From the IMG/VR virus record IMGVR_UViG_3300031233_000002: a DNA stretch of 39,403 bases; one strand, given 5' to 3'. The first letter of the stretch is position 1; each line of letters opens with the position of its first letter. A program made the translations under genes and the position numbers. The notes under the pieces were generated by a model. It made no database searches. It had not been told where the DNA came from and saw only the letters and a program-made list of their open reading frames with translations. Positions 8,849 through 17,151 of the stretch are shown piece after piece. This DNA is from a virus.

Positions 8849-9421
8849 TTATAGTACACGCTGATAGGCATTGTATAGTTGTTCGTGGAAATCTGGCAGT
8901 TTTTGCAGGCATTGTAAAAGAATTTCACAATCGGCTAAGGCTCTGTGCGCCCCCTCATAATCAACGCCGTAATCTCTGGCAATATCCCGAAGTTTAAGAC
9001 CTGAACTATTCCAGTAGAAGTTTGACTTGGTGCAGAGCCATTTTATATGTAAGCTTCTTTCTCTTAAAAATTCATTAGCTTCAATGAATTTCCTATCAAA
9101 AGGGGCATTATGGGCTATTACGATATCAGAATCTGCTAACAATAAATTTATTAAACCTAAAAAAGTTTCTTGTAGAACAGGATTAATTTTTTTGCAGGAT
9201 TCAATGTCGATATTATTGATATGCGCTACAGGGTTAAATTCAGCATAAAGCAATCCTGCACCTTTGAATAAAACTGACTGAGTAGGAACGTTATACTGAA
9301 TGACACCAATTTCTAACAACGAATGAAGCCGGGAGTCTAAACCCCCGGTTTCTGTATCCAGTATCAGAATGTTTTCAATTTCACTTTTGCTTTCCGCTAA
9401 AGGCTTTCTTTCGGTGTTCAT
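8849..9421 (-). CDS. DEDDh (DnaQ-like) 3'-5' exonuclease, 190 aa
   Basis: ExoI LILDTETGG, ExoII IAHNAPFDRKF and ExoIII HRALADCEIL motifs, in the correct order and spacing. Confidence 0.8.
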   Translation of the reverse strand: MNTERKPLAESKSEIENILILDTETGGLDSRLHSLLEIGVIQYNVPTQSVLFKGAGLLYAEFNPVAHINNIDIESCKKINPVLQETFLGLINLLLADSDIVIAHNAPFDRKFIEANEFLRERSLHIKWLCTKSNFYWNSSGLKLRDIARDYGVDYEGAHRALADCEILLQCLQKLPDFHEQLYNAYQRVL

Positions 9422-10496
9422 ATAATTCCTTGAGTTGTTCCTGTAAATTTTCAGGACATTCTCTTATAAGATCAGCCGCAATGTAAAGCGCATCTAGTGT
9501 ATTTGCGCTTAATATTTGCTTTTTAATGTCTTTAAAGGCTTGAGGAAGGGCGTTTTGTTCCTCCTCTAATAGCTTTTCAGCTTGTTGCTCGTCAGCTATT
9601 TCGGCTTTGGTGGTTTCAATAGCTGCTGCAATAGTTTCAGCTTTCGCCGCTTTACCATTGGCTTTCTTGGCCTCTAAAATCGCTTTAACGCTATCGGCAG
9701 CTTGCGTGTTTTCGCCCATATCGAAAAATTGCTCGCGGGAGGCCATACCATCTTTAAGCGATTTATAGATGGCACCAAGGTCGATAACTTCCTCAACAAT
9801 TGTAGCTTCCATTTTATGCTTCAATCGTTTTTCCAGTTCCGGTATTCCAATACCAAACTCAGCAAAGAGAGTAACCATTTTTCGAATACGATCAGCCAGG
9901 GGTTCTTTGGAACTTTTTAGGGTCTTATTGCATTGCTCCTCGGCAGCTTCTCGTATATCGCCGGGGATGACAGCAAAGATGCAGGCACGTTTGCGGCGCG
10001 CCCCCATGTTAGCAATAAGTTCATAGATATCTCGCTCACTGGTAAGCATCTTTGCGCCTTTCTTGGTATCGACAATATGGTTAACGGTAAAGATTTTTTC
10101 ATCCTCCGCGCCAGTTTGTTTGTCAATGGCATAGGCTTTGGCCACTGAAAAGCCCTGACTACGGCTTATTTCAATCACCCCTGTTTTGATATGCCCCCAA
10201 TTCTGCGCCAATACCTCGGCTAGTCGGATACTTGCCCCACGAACCATTGTGCCGCCTTTGGGATAGGCATAGAACGCCATTTCCGCTAAATGGATACGCT
10301 GGCATGAAGTCATAATATTAGCGAATGACTGATTCACGTTACGTGGAAAGCGTTGCGCCACAATGAAAGGAGCTTGCGCCTCGGCTATGGCGCGTGATTG
10401 TTCAATCTGAACTAATTCAGATGGCAACGCATTGGCTGGCAGTGTTTCAAAGCCATAATCACTAGCAACAGATAATTCTTGTCGTGGGTCACTCAT
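9381..10496 (-). CDS. Candidate single-strand annealing / recombination protein, family unresolved, 371 aa
   Basis: Sits between the PD-(D/E)XK nuclease and the DEDDh exonuclease in one operon. The N-terminal ~250 aa look globular and the C-terminal tail is an acidic coiled coil. I could not match RecT, Red-beta or Erf motifs by eye. Confidence 0.45.
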   Translation of the reverse strand: MSDPRQELSVASDYGFETLPANALPSELVQIEQSRAIAEAQAPFIVAQRFPRNVNQSFANIMTSCQRIHLAEMAFYAYPKGGTMVRGASIRLAEVLAQNWGHIKTGVIEISRSQGFSVAKAYAIDKQTGAEDEKIFTVNHIVDTKKGAKMLTSERDIYELIANMGARRKRACIFAVIPGDIREAAEEQCNKTLKSSKEPLADRIRKMVTLFAEFGIGIPELEKRLKHKMEATIVEEVIDLGAIYKSLKDGMASREQFFDMGENTQAADSVKAILEAKKANGKAAKAETIAAAIETTKAEIADEQQAEKLLEEEQNALPQAFKDIKKQILSANTLDALYIAADLIRECPENLQEQLKELYEHRKKAFSGKQK

Positions 10497-10499
10497 GTT

Positions 10500-11393
10500 T
10501 TATACTCCGGGTTTAGCCCAAGCGGGCACTGAAATTGTGTTGGTAGGATAGGCAGGCCATAAATTTTTACTCATGCACTGCTTGATACCGATAAGGGCTT
10601 CTTTAAATTCATTGTTACCCTGCTTTAAGGCGGCTTCATCAATGGGATAAGGCACTGAGCAAAAGGGAGGTTCTTTCTCTATCGGTAAGTCAATAAAATG
10701 GCGCATATCAATCCCAATTGACTTAAGCCCTAGATGAATCATTGCCATTTGAATGTGATAACCTTCGTTATAGAAATCACGTTGAAAGGAATGAAAACTT
10801 GCATCCTTTGTGGTCTTTAAATCAACTATGAAATTATCGTGCCAAATATCAGGACGGCATTTGCATAGTAAGCCCGTGTCCTCATCTACCCAATAAATCG
10901 ACTTCTCATAGCGCGCCCCTTCAATCAATTCACGGGTTTCCTCGTCAGCTAAAAGAGATTTGTGCATCAGCTTTAACTCATCTAAATCGGATTTTGAGAT
11001 AGCCGTTTTTCCAAGGGCGAAGGCTTTAAAGGATTTAATCGCGTCTGCACGTTTCGCTTTTTCAGCAGCTAGAGCGACCTTAGCTTTGGCATACGCTTCT
11101 TTGCCAACAGCAGCGACTTTTGGTAATTCTGGCAGCTTTGGGGGCTTCTCCATCTTGACGACATATTCACGGTCAAACTTTTCAGGCTCTAAGACCATGG
11201 CATGAAACGCCGTGCCTAAATCCATTTGAGCCGTAGCCTCTTTTGCTACATATTCAGGGTTTAAATATCTGTGCCAAAACTTCTTTGGGCATTTCTTAAA
11301 CTCTTTAATCGCTGAACGGGATATCCCCGCACTGGCGTGATATTCCGCATTCGATATATCAACGACACCCCGGTACTCTCTTTTTTCACTCAT
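10500..11393 (-). CDS. PD-(D/E)XK nuclease, RecE / DUF3799-like exonuclease, 297 aa
   Basis: Motifs LGTAFHAMVLEPEKF, then RPDIWHDNFIVDLKTTKDAS, then YHIQMAM match the D...(D/E)xK core and the Q.xxY of this family. Confidence 0.7.
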   Translation of the reverse strand: MSEKREYRGVVDISNAEYHASAGISRSAIKEFKKCPKKFWHRYLNPEYVAKEATAQMDLGTAFHAMVLEPEKFDREYVVKMEKPPKLPELPKVAAVGKEAYAKAKVALAAEKAKRADAIKSFKAFALGKTAISKSDLDELKLMHKSLLADEETRELIEGARYEKSIYWVDEDTGLLCKCRPDIWHDNFIVDLKTTKDASFHSFQRDFYNEGYHIQMAMIHLGLKSIGIDMRHFIDLPIEKEPPFCSVPYPIDEAALKQGNNEFKEALIGIKQCMSKNLWPAYPTNTISVPAWAKPGV

Positions 11394-11415
11394 TGGTCAA
11401 TCCTCTAGGTTAATG

Positions 11416-11670
11416 TTACGGTTTAAAATGGAATGTTATATCTTTGGGAAACCAGTCTGGTCTTAGATCATGTGGTTTCACCCCAAAATACCGGGCGAAG
11501 GCTACCACAGCCGTCACTCGTATTTTGGTCAAGCCATGAAGCCAGCGCGAAATATCGCCCGGGTCTTCATTTATCTCACGCGCCATATGACGAATGGATT
11601 CATGCTTTGCTAATACTTCCCTGATTTTTTGCTGTGATTTTTCTAATTGCTCTTTTGTCATTGCTGCCAT
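11416..11670 (-). CDS. XRE / Cro-CI-type HTH transcriptional regulator, 84 aa from ATG 11670
   Basis: HTH-like segment MAREINEDPGDISRWLHGLTKIRVTAVVAFARYFGV. First gene of the leftward operon, next to a palindromic operator. AGGAG lies 11 nt upstream of ATG 11670; the GTG at 11682 has no spacing to an RBS. Confidence 0.6.
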   Translation of the reverse strand: MAAMTKEQLEKSQQKIREVLAKHESIRHMAREINEDPGDISRWLHGLTKIRVTAVVAFARYFGVKPHDLRPDWFPKDITFHFKP

Positions 11671-11700
11671 ATTGTCTTTCACTCCTAATAATCTGTGGTT

Positions 11701-11729
11701 ATCATACCTTCAAAATGTTGTTGAGTCAA
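11701..11729 (-). promoter_or_regulatory. Leftward sigma70-like promoter TTGACT-N17-TATGAT
   Basis: On the minus strand the -35 is at 11729-11724 and the -10 at 11706-11701, with exact 17-nt spacing. The -35 is embedded in the palindrome GTTGAGTCAAC (11720-11730). Confidence 0.45.
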
Positions 11730-11745
11730 CACAAGTAGAAAAGTA

Positions 11746-11774
11746 TTGCATTCTCTCAACAGGACATTTATAAT
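11746..11774 (+). promoter_or_regulatory. Rightward sigma70-like promoter TTGCAT-N17-TATAAT
   Basis: -35 at 11746-11751, perfect -10 at 11769-11774, 17-nt spacer. TCAAC motifs flank it at 11756-60, 11780-84 and 11786-90. Confidence 0.5.
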
Positions 11775-11805
11775 TTGCGTCAACTTCAACAAAGGAGCAT
11801 ACCAA

Positions 11806-12918
11806 GTGAATAATCAATTAACGACAGATGATTTTATTGACTCTCAATTAAAGCAATTCAATGTGACAGATCAAGCAATTCAGAAACTAAAAGACGAATA
11901 CTTTGATTTGAATATTAAAGGCATTGACGACAAGGAAGGCTACAATGTTGTCAAAGCAGCGCGATTGCATGTTAGATCATTCCGCACCGAGCTTGAAGAA
12001 AAGCGCAAAGAGTTAGTTGAAAACCCCATGCGTATCAAGCAGGCCATTGACAATGAAGCCAAACGCCGCCGCGAGCAGCTAGAAGAAATTGAATCCCACC
12101 TAAAAGAAAAAGAATTGGAATATGAGCTAGAAGTTAAGCGGTTGAAGGATGAGCAAGATAGACTTGAACGTGAGCGCGTAAAAGAATTAGAAATTCGTAC
12201 CCAAAAAAGAATTCAACAACTTTATTTAACTGGATTCCAATTAAATGGCGCAATTTATCAAGCAATTTATATTAATCATATCAGTGAATATTCCTTAGAT
12301 TTTATTAAAGATAGCGATGATAAAACATGGGAACATTCATTTAATTTAGATGTAGTTCGATTCGAAGAATTCAAAAAACAGAAAGAAGAAAAAGCTTTAG
12401 CCGAAGCCGAAGAAAAACGCATAGCCGAGATTGCCAGACAGGAAATAGCAAAACAACGTCAAGAGGAAGCCGATAGACAAGCTCAAAAGATAAGAGAGCA
12501 GCATGAGTTTGAACAAAAAGTCAAACAAGAAGAATTTGAAAACCAACAACAGTTATTAGCGAAACAAAAAGCACAATTAGATGAAGAACAAAAACTTTTG
12601 AAAGCAGCGCAAGTGGAAGCGGCTAAAGAAAATGAAAAGCTTAAAATTGAGAATGCAAAATTAGTTGAGGCGCAAAAAAATCTGGAAGCGGTTAAACCAA
12701 AATCTAAAATTAAAAAGCCAAAGAAAGATGATGAGCCAATTTTAAGTTTGTACGATGAATGTATAAGAGAATGGGAAATCCTTGTTCCAGAAAAATTTAA
12801 AGATTGTTGCGAATGGGAAGATATAGCTCTTATCTTTAAAATATTTACTGAAAAATGTGCGAAGCATTGTCTAGACTTAGACTTCAAGCAAGCAGCATTG
12901 AAGTTAGTGGAGAAATAA
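11806..12918 (+). CDS. Coiled-coil protein, 370 aa from GTG 11806; function unknown
   Basis: AAAGGAG RBS 8 nt upstream of GTG 11806. The TTG at 11746 in the ORF track coincides with the -35 hexamer. Long Glu/Lys/Gln heptad-like stretches. Confidence 0.6.
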   Translation: MNNQLTTDDFIDSQLKQFNVTDQAIQKLKDEYFDLNIKGIDDKEGYNVVKAARLHVRSFRTELEEKRKELVENPMRIKQAIDNEAKRRREQLEEIESHLKEKELEYELEVKRLKDEQDRLERERVKELEIRTQKRIQQLYLTGFQLNGAIYQAIYINHISEYSLDFIKDSDDKTWEHSFNLDVVRFEEFKKQKEEKALAEAEEKRIAEIARQEIAKQRQEEADRQAQKIREQHEFEQKVKQEEFENQQQLLAKQKAQLDEEQKLLKAAQVEAAKENEKLKIENAKLVEAQKNLEAVKPKSKIKKPKKDDEPILSLYDECIREWEILVPEKFKDCCEWEDIALIFKIFTEKCAKHCLDLDFKQAALKLVEK

Positions 12919-12919
12919 A

Positions 12920-13546
12920 ATGAGTAACTTTTGGGATAATTTGGCATGTAAAAAACATGGAAATAATTATGATATTTATTGCGTTGAATGTTTTGCAATA
13001 GTCAATTCATATGGTTTAAATCCAAATATAAAGGAAAAAATTTTCTTTTGTGATGAACATAATTGGAGAAGTACAAAAAGAACATGTCCTTTTCATCCTA
13101 ATTTATCAACAAGATTTGTTTTTGAAAAAGGCAATCCACAAAATTTTAAACGCATAAAGGAAACCAAAATGAAAACCAAACCATTCAATTTAGAAGAAGC
13201 GTTAGCCGGAAAACCTTGTGTAACTCGCGAAGGTAAAAAAGTTTTACAAGTTCATCGTTGGAAAAATGGCTACATTGCATACGTTCTTGAAGAAGATAAT
13301 GGAATGTTTTCAATTGATCAATGTGGTAAATACAAAAACCAACATGCTCCTCATTTAGATTTATTCATGCTAGTTGAGCCGCAGGTTTATTGCATTGGTC
13401 TTATGGAAATAAATTATGATCAAAGAATAAAATGTACGGGTGCTTATTTAAAAGAAAGATTTGACAAAATATATGATCGGGAAACATTTATGAAAATCAT
13501 TGAATTCACCTTAGACGAAGATGAATTTAAGGAAGTGGAGTCATGA
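12920..13546 (+). CDS. Hypothetical protein, 208 aa, with a Cys/His-rich N-terminal region
   Basis: ORF containing CKKH..C.EC...C.EH....CPFH. The second half (KPFNLEEALAGKPCVTREGKKV...) resembles a common phage domain of unknown function. Confidence 0.55.
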   Translation: MSNFWDNLACKKHGNNYDIYCVECFAIVNSYGLNPNIKEKIFFCDEHNWRSTKRTCPFHPNLSTRFVFEKGNPQNFKRIKETKMKTKPFNLEEALAGKPCVTREGKKVLQVHRWKNGYIAYVLEEDNGMFSIDQCGKYKNQHAPHLDLFMLVEPQVYCIGLMEINYDQRIKCTGAYLKERFDKIYDRETFMKIIEFTLDEDEFKEVES

Positions 13547-13953
13547 AAATTGATATTCGTAAAGTAAAAAAAACGCATCCATTCACTCAGGCGTTTGATT
13601 ATTACTATGAGTTTAGCGTGGATGGTACGCCTATATTTTTTCTTAGCACAAGTTTGTTTGAACAAGGTGAATTAGAAATTGTGGCAGGCTTGGAGAAGCT
13701 AGCGAATCATATTGAAAAACTTCCCACGTTGCCCTACCCATTTAATGATAAACAATTGGAGCATAAAAAAAATGAGACTTCTAAAGAAATTTGGGTGGTA
13801 TCAATTCCCTGTTCTAAGAACTATAAGGGCTTACCACTGAAAGACTTTAGAGCGTTTGACGATTATGATTTGGCGCAACGCTTTATTGAAACGAATATGG
13901 GTGCGGAGTTGCACCTGTCTAAAATTGACCTTTATGAGAAGAAAAATTTATGA
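13543..13953 (+). CDS. Hypothetical protein, 136 aa
   Basis: ORF with ATGA start/stop overlap with the upstream gene. Confidence 0.55.
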   Translation: MKIDIRKVKKTHPFTQAFDYYYEFSVDGTPIFFLSTSLFEQGELEIVAGLEKLANHIEKLPTLPYPFNDKQLEHKKNETSKEIWVVSIPCSKNYKGLPLKDFRAFDDYDLAQRFIETNMGAELHLSKIDLYEKKNL

Positions 13954-14243
13954 ATGATAAATGTGAGAACTGTGAATCAGAATTTACGGACTTAGAACAA
14001 AAGTCAAAAGAACAAGATGGTGCTAAAATTTGGTATTGTTATGAGTGCATCGGAGATGGTGAATTTACGGAGCATGGAAATTATGTACGCTTGGTTAATT
14101 TTTTAAAAGAAATTGTGAATATTGAAAAAATTAACATTCCTAAAGGCTATTCTTTGCAAAATAAAGCTATTTATTTGCTCAATTCTATTGGAGAAATAGA
14201 TTATTTTAAATGTCATGAATGTCAAAAGAAAATTAAACTTTAA
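13950..14243 (+). CDS. Zinc-ribbon protein, 97 aa
   Basis: CENC...CYEC...CHEC motifs. ATGA overlap with the upstream gene. Confidence 0.55.
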   Translation: MNDKCENCESEFTDLEQKSKEQDGAKIWYCYECIGDGEFTEHGNYVRLVNFLKEIVNIEKINIPKGYSLQNKAIYLLNSIGEIDYFKCHECQKKIKL

Positions 14244-14314
14244 TACATTATTCCAGTTATAACTATTACTGGAAATATGACCATTACCTTTTACTCAAAC
14301 TTAAGGAAAAACTG

Positions 14315-14569
14315 ATGCAAAAATCACTACCTATTACGATTGACCTTTTAACAGTCGATGGAGACCGTAACCCAGTTGATGGCATTTTGCAATTCAATTT
14401 AGGAGGCAAGAAGTACTTTAGTATGGAAACGCAATTTTTGCGCCGTGCAACTGCGCCAGAGATTGCTAATGCCCTGCTAGAACACAACCAGTATCTAATT
14501 GACTCCTTCATGAAAAAGCAGCGCGAGCTTTTGGACGCCTCCAAAAATGATAGGGAGATGGCACAATGA
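14315..14569 (+). CDS. Hypothetical protein, 84 aa
   Basis: ORF with AAGGAAAA RBS. Confidence 0.5.
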   Translation: MQKSLPITIDLLTVDGDRNPVDGILQFNLGGKKYFSMETQFLRRATAPEIANALLEHNQYLIDSFMKKQRELLDASKNDREMAQ

Positions 14570-14808
14570 ATGAGCTTAAAGATGATAATTTGCAGATAAC
14601 TTTTATTAAACAATTTGTGAATAATGAATATTTACTCTTATTCAAAACTTTAACACGATGGTTGCCTATTTCAGCCGAAGATATAGGAAACACAGCCAAT
14701 CCTACGGCCGTTTTAAATATATCATCCATTAGAGCATTGCGTGATTTTTTAAGTAATTTACTACCTGAAATGGAGACAAATAAAGATGAGCATGACCAAA
14801 ATTGGTAA
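14566..14808 (+). CDS. Hypothetical protein, 80 aa
   Basis: ORF with ATGA overlap. Confidence 0.5.
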   Translation: MNELKDDNLQITFIKQFVNNEYLLLFKTLTRWLPISAEDIGNTANPTAVLNISSIRALRDFLSNLLPEMETNKDEHDQNW

Positions 14809-15100
14809 CATTCCCGCGTTATTTTTAATTTTAGGCCAAAGCAATCGTGGTCAATTTCAAATGGGTTTCCGTAGCCAAGGTGACACGATTAAACTTAATG
14901 CCGTGGATAATACCAAGTTTGGTGATGAATACCCTAGCTGCTACATTGAAGCCGATGAAATACAAAAACTACTCGAATTTTTAAAATCTAACTATCAAGG
15001 ATTAATACATGACGGACGAACAGAAAGCGCAAGAAATGGAGAAATTGTCAAAGAAGGCTATTTACTTAGCAGGGAAATTGTTCCAGACAATGAATGCTAA
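14786..15100 (+). CDS. Hypothetical protein, 104 aa
   Basis: ORF. Its 3' end overlaps 15009..15299 by 92 nt, so one of the two boundaries is uncertain. Confidence 0.4.
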   Translation: MSMTKIGNIPALFLILGQSNRGQFQMGFRSQGDTIKLNAVDNTKFGDEYPSCYIEADEIQKLLEFLKSNYQGLIHDGRTESARNGEIVKEGYLLSREIVPDNEC

Positions 15101-15299
15101 GATCAATCATTTTAATAACACCATGGGAAAAGAGGAAGCTGGGTATATTGCCATGATCACACTCGGCGTTTTCTTGAAAAAAATGACAAAATGGATGTTT
15201 AAGGATATGCCACTTGATATGCAAAAAGAATTCATTACTGACATTGCTAAAGAAGCTAATACAATTTTAGACAAAGAATTTAAGGATGGCTTGCAATGA
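15009..15299 (+). CDS. Hypothetical protein, 96 aa; alternative start ATG 15090
   Basis: AAGGA RBS 8 nt upstream of 15009 and a helical-looking N-terminus MTDEQKAQEMEKL. Starting at 15090 would give only an 11-nt overlap. Confidence 0.45.
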   Translation: MTDEQKAQEMEKLSKKAIYLAGKLFQTMNAKINHFNNTMGKEEAGYIAMITLGVFLKKMTKWMFKDMPLDMQKEFITDIAKEANTILDKEFKDGLQ

Positions 15300-15676
15300 C
15301 ACAGGAAGAAATTTTGAAACTTTACACTAGCTTTGAAACATCCACAAAACTGAAAGAATTAGGCTTCGACTATCCTGACAATTACCAATGCTGGTATCAA
15401 TTTGATGGTGATATTGACCCTAGAATAGCCAACAAACTCCGGGGTTATCTGCATCCCGGCGAAAATCTTTGCGAGGCATATAATGCGGAATTCTTGATTG
15501 ATAAACTTCCTAATGGTGCTTACATAAAAAAATGTGAAGATTCTTATTCAGTAAATTATGATAAATTTTTTGAGCATGATGGATTTTATAATACTTTTCA
15601 CTCTATCTTAGTTGAAGCAATAGCTTGGTTTATTATAGGGGAAATACGAGAAAAAAGGATGGAAGTACCAAAATGA
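15296..15676 (+). CDS. Hypothetical protein, 126 aa
   Basis: ORF with ATGA overlap. Confidence 0.55.
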   Translation: MTQEEILKLYTSFETSTKLKELGFDYPDNYQCWYQFDGDIDPRIANKLRGYLHPGENLCEAYNAEFLIDKLPNGAYIKKCEDSYSVNYDKFFEHDGFYNTFHSILVEAIAWFIIGEIREKRMEVPK

Positions 15677-15957
15677 CCATACTTGGCTGGATAAGTAAAG
15701 ACTACGATACTAAAGATTGTAAGCTGATTTATAGGGTAAAGTCAGATAAGCCCGTCTCACACCGTGAAATATTCTCATTTGATGACTTTGGTTCGTGGGT
15801 CACATGTCATTCAATTGGATGCAGGAAGATTGAAACGGTTTATGGTGACACGCCATATTCGTTCTACGAGGTAACGGGTGAGGTAACTGACGTACACAAT
15901 AAAGTTAGCACCCCCAAAAAAACCAAAGAATGGCGCAGGATTATAGGAATTCGATAA
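15673..15957 (+). CDS. Hypothetical protein, 94 aa from ATG 15673
   Basis: ATGA overlap with the stop of 15296..15676. The upstream TTG start at 15625 is less likely. Confidence 0.5.
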   Translation: MTILGWISKDYDTKDCKLIYRVKSDKPVSHREIFSFDDFGSWVTCHSIGCRKIETVYGDTPYSFYEVTGEVTDVHNKVSTPKKTKEWRRIIGIR

Positions 15958-16292
15958 TGAAATTCACAAAACTAAAAAATTGGTTTAGCCCAGCTATTAA
16001 GATAGCTTCCGTACCATGTCGAGAAATTCCGTATCCTAGTAATTACAAAGACATTATAAATACTTCCCAATTCAGAGAGGCGATTCAAAATTATTCTGAT
16101 TATTGGGAAATGTTAGGTTATAAAAAAGAACAAATAATGCCTTTTGTTATTCGACATTCAGTATTTCTTTCATTGATGGATGAATTTTTTATTAAGACTG
16201 AGACACAATATGACCGTAACAGTAATATGATATTTAGTTATGGTGCAGTCAATGTGCTAGCCATTCCAGATAGGTTTTTTGTACTATTATGA
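15957..16292 (+). CDS. Hypothetical protein, 111 aa from ATG 15957
   Basis: TAATG overlap with the upstream stop. N-terminus MKFTKLKNWF. Confidence 0.5.
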   Translation: MKFTKLKNWFSPAIKIASVPCREIPYPSNYKDIINTSQFREAIQNYSDYWEMLGYKKEQIMPFVIRHSVFLSLMDEFFIKTETQYDRNSNMIFSYGAVNVLAIPDRFFVLL

Positions 16293-16327
16293 AAAATTTT
16301 CAACAATGATAAGAGAGTAGTGCTGGT

Positions 16328-16540
16328 ATGAAAATTCAAAAATTAATAGTTGCCCCCACTTATTTTGATCAGGTTATTTGTCAGGGCGATATTTTGGAAA
16401 TTGCCTACTTAACGCTATTAGTTAAGTTGTGCTTTTTTAGACAAGGTAGATGGATTCTAGGGGTGCAGTTATTGAATGAACGAAAAGGCAAGAATGAAGC
16501 CGCACCAGAAACATTATTGATACGGCCTCCCTTGATTTAG
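16328..16540 (+). CDS. Doubtful hypothetical ORF, 70 aa
   Basis: ORF only. Weak RBS and an odd hydrophobic composition. Confidence 0.25.
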   Translation: MKIQKLIVAPTYFDQVICQGDILEIAYLTLLVKLCFFRQGRWILGVQLLNERKGKNEAAPETLLIRPPLI

Positions 16541-16771
16541 CATTCTTTCTTTTCGCCCTTCATGCCTTTCTTCTTGGCTTTTTTCTTACCCATGGCTTCG
16601 ATTCCTTAAGGTTAATTTACATACAAGAAATTACTTTTTAACAAAGGATTGACAATTTAGCAAGAAGATATTAATGGTACAAAATTGATCATATTGTATA
16701 CTTAATATTCTTTTATGAAATCCCCTATTTTTTAAGGTTCAAATAACACTCTGATTGACTTACCCATAGGG

Positions 16772-16780
16772 TTATCCACA
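16772..16780 (+). promoter_or_regulatory. Consensus DnaA box TTATCCACA
   Basis: Exact 9-mer match, in the 323-bp intergenic region upstream of the replication module. Confidence 0.4.
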
Positions 16781-16801
16781 GAAACTGTTTGTAACTTTTT
16801 T

Positions 16802-16817
16802 GTTCCACGCGTGAAAC
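16802..16817. promoter_or_regulatory. Near-perfect 16-bp palindrome GTTCCACGCGTGAAAC; candidate operator
   Basis: 7 of 8 positions pair around an ACGCGT centre. It lies about 45 bp upstream of the wHTH gene at 16864. Confidence 0.3.
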
Positions 16818-16863
16818 ATTTTAATAATATTACAAAAATATTTAAAAGAGGTAAAAAAACAAA

Positions 16864-17151
16864 ATGAACAATAACATTTCAGTAGCAATTTTATCAGAAG
16901 AATTAGCAAAATCTATTTGGGTAGATTATCACGATAAAAATATCACTTTGCTTACAAGGGAAATATTAGCGAAAAATTATAATTTGACCTATCGCAGAAT
17001 CAATAAGGCCATAAAAATTTTAAAAGACAAAGGTCTTGTTTATTTTATACATACAAGTAATGAAAGCGGACTATTGAATCCACAAGAGATATTTTTTTAT
17101 CAAGGTAAAAGATATCAGGATGAAAAAAAAGAGGAAAGGGTAATAAAATGA
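16864..17151 (+). CDS. Small winged-helix DNA-binding protein, 95 aa
   Basis: LTREILAKNYNLTYRRINKAIKILKDKGLVYF is a MarR/GntR-like wHTH pattern. RBS AGAGGTAAAAA. Confidence 0.5.
   Translation: MNNNISVAILSEELAKSIWVDYHDKNITLLTREILAKNYNLTYRRINKAIKILKDKGLVYFIHTSNESGLLNPQEIFFYQGKRYQDEKKEERVIK

Noticed and set aside
11746-11805. TTG 11746 as the start of the coiled-coil gene, as given in the ORF track
   Set aside because: The TTG is the first triplet of the -35 hexamer TTGCAT, and the segment contains the -10 box. GTG 11806 has an AAAGGAG RBS.
12483-12998. 171-aa minus-strand ORF antisense to the coiled-coil gene
   Set aside because: It lies entirely opposite the GAA/AAG-rich coding sequence of 11806-12918. 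Its translation is low-complexity Ser/Phe/Cys-rich and it has no RBS, which is typical of an antisense artefact. The same reasoning applies to 820-1017, 2305-2529, 3434-3634, 3880-4092, 4637-4876, 5800-6108, 5989-6180, 9027-10148 (several), 10960-11205, 17660-17983, 18404-18676, 18794-19003, 20033-20384, 25270-25512, 27066-28085 (several), 30322-30513, 30934-31161, 32778-32978, 33572-34323 (several), 35087-35887, 36325-36531, 37535-37795, 38417-38683 and 39118-39309.
16541-16594. 17-aa Lys-rich minus-strand micro-ORF (MGKKKAKKKGMKGEKKEC)
   Set aside because: It is preceded by a variant of the conserved leader, which is intriguing. However, it is very short, isolated between rightward operons, and I could not identify a promoter. 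It is mentioned under findings but not called as a gene.
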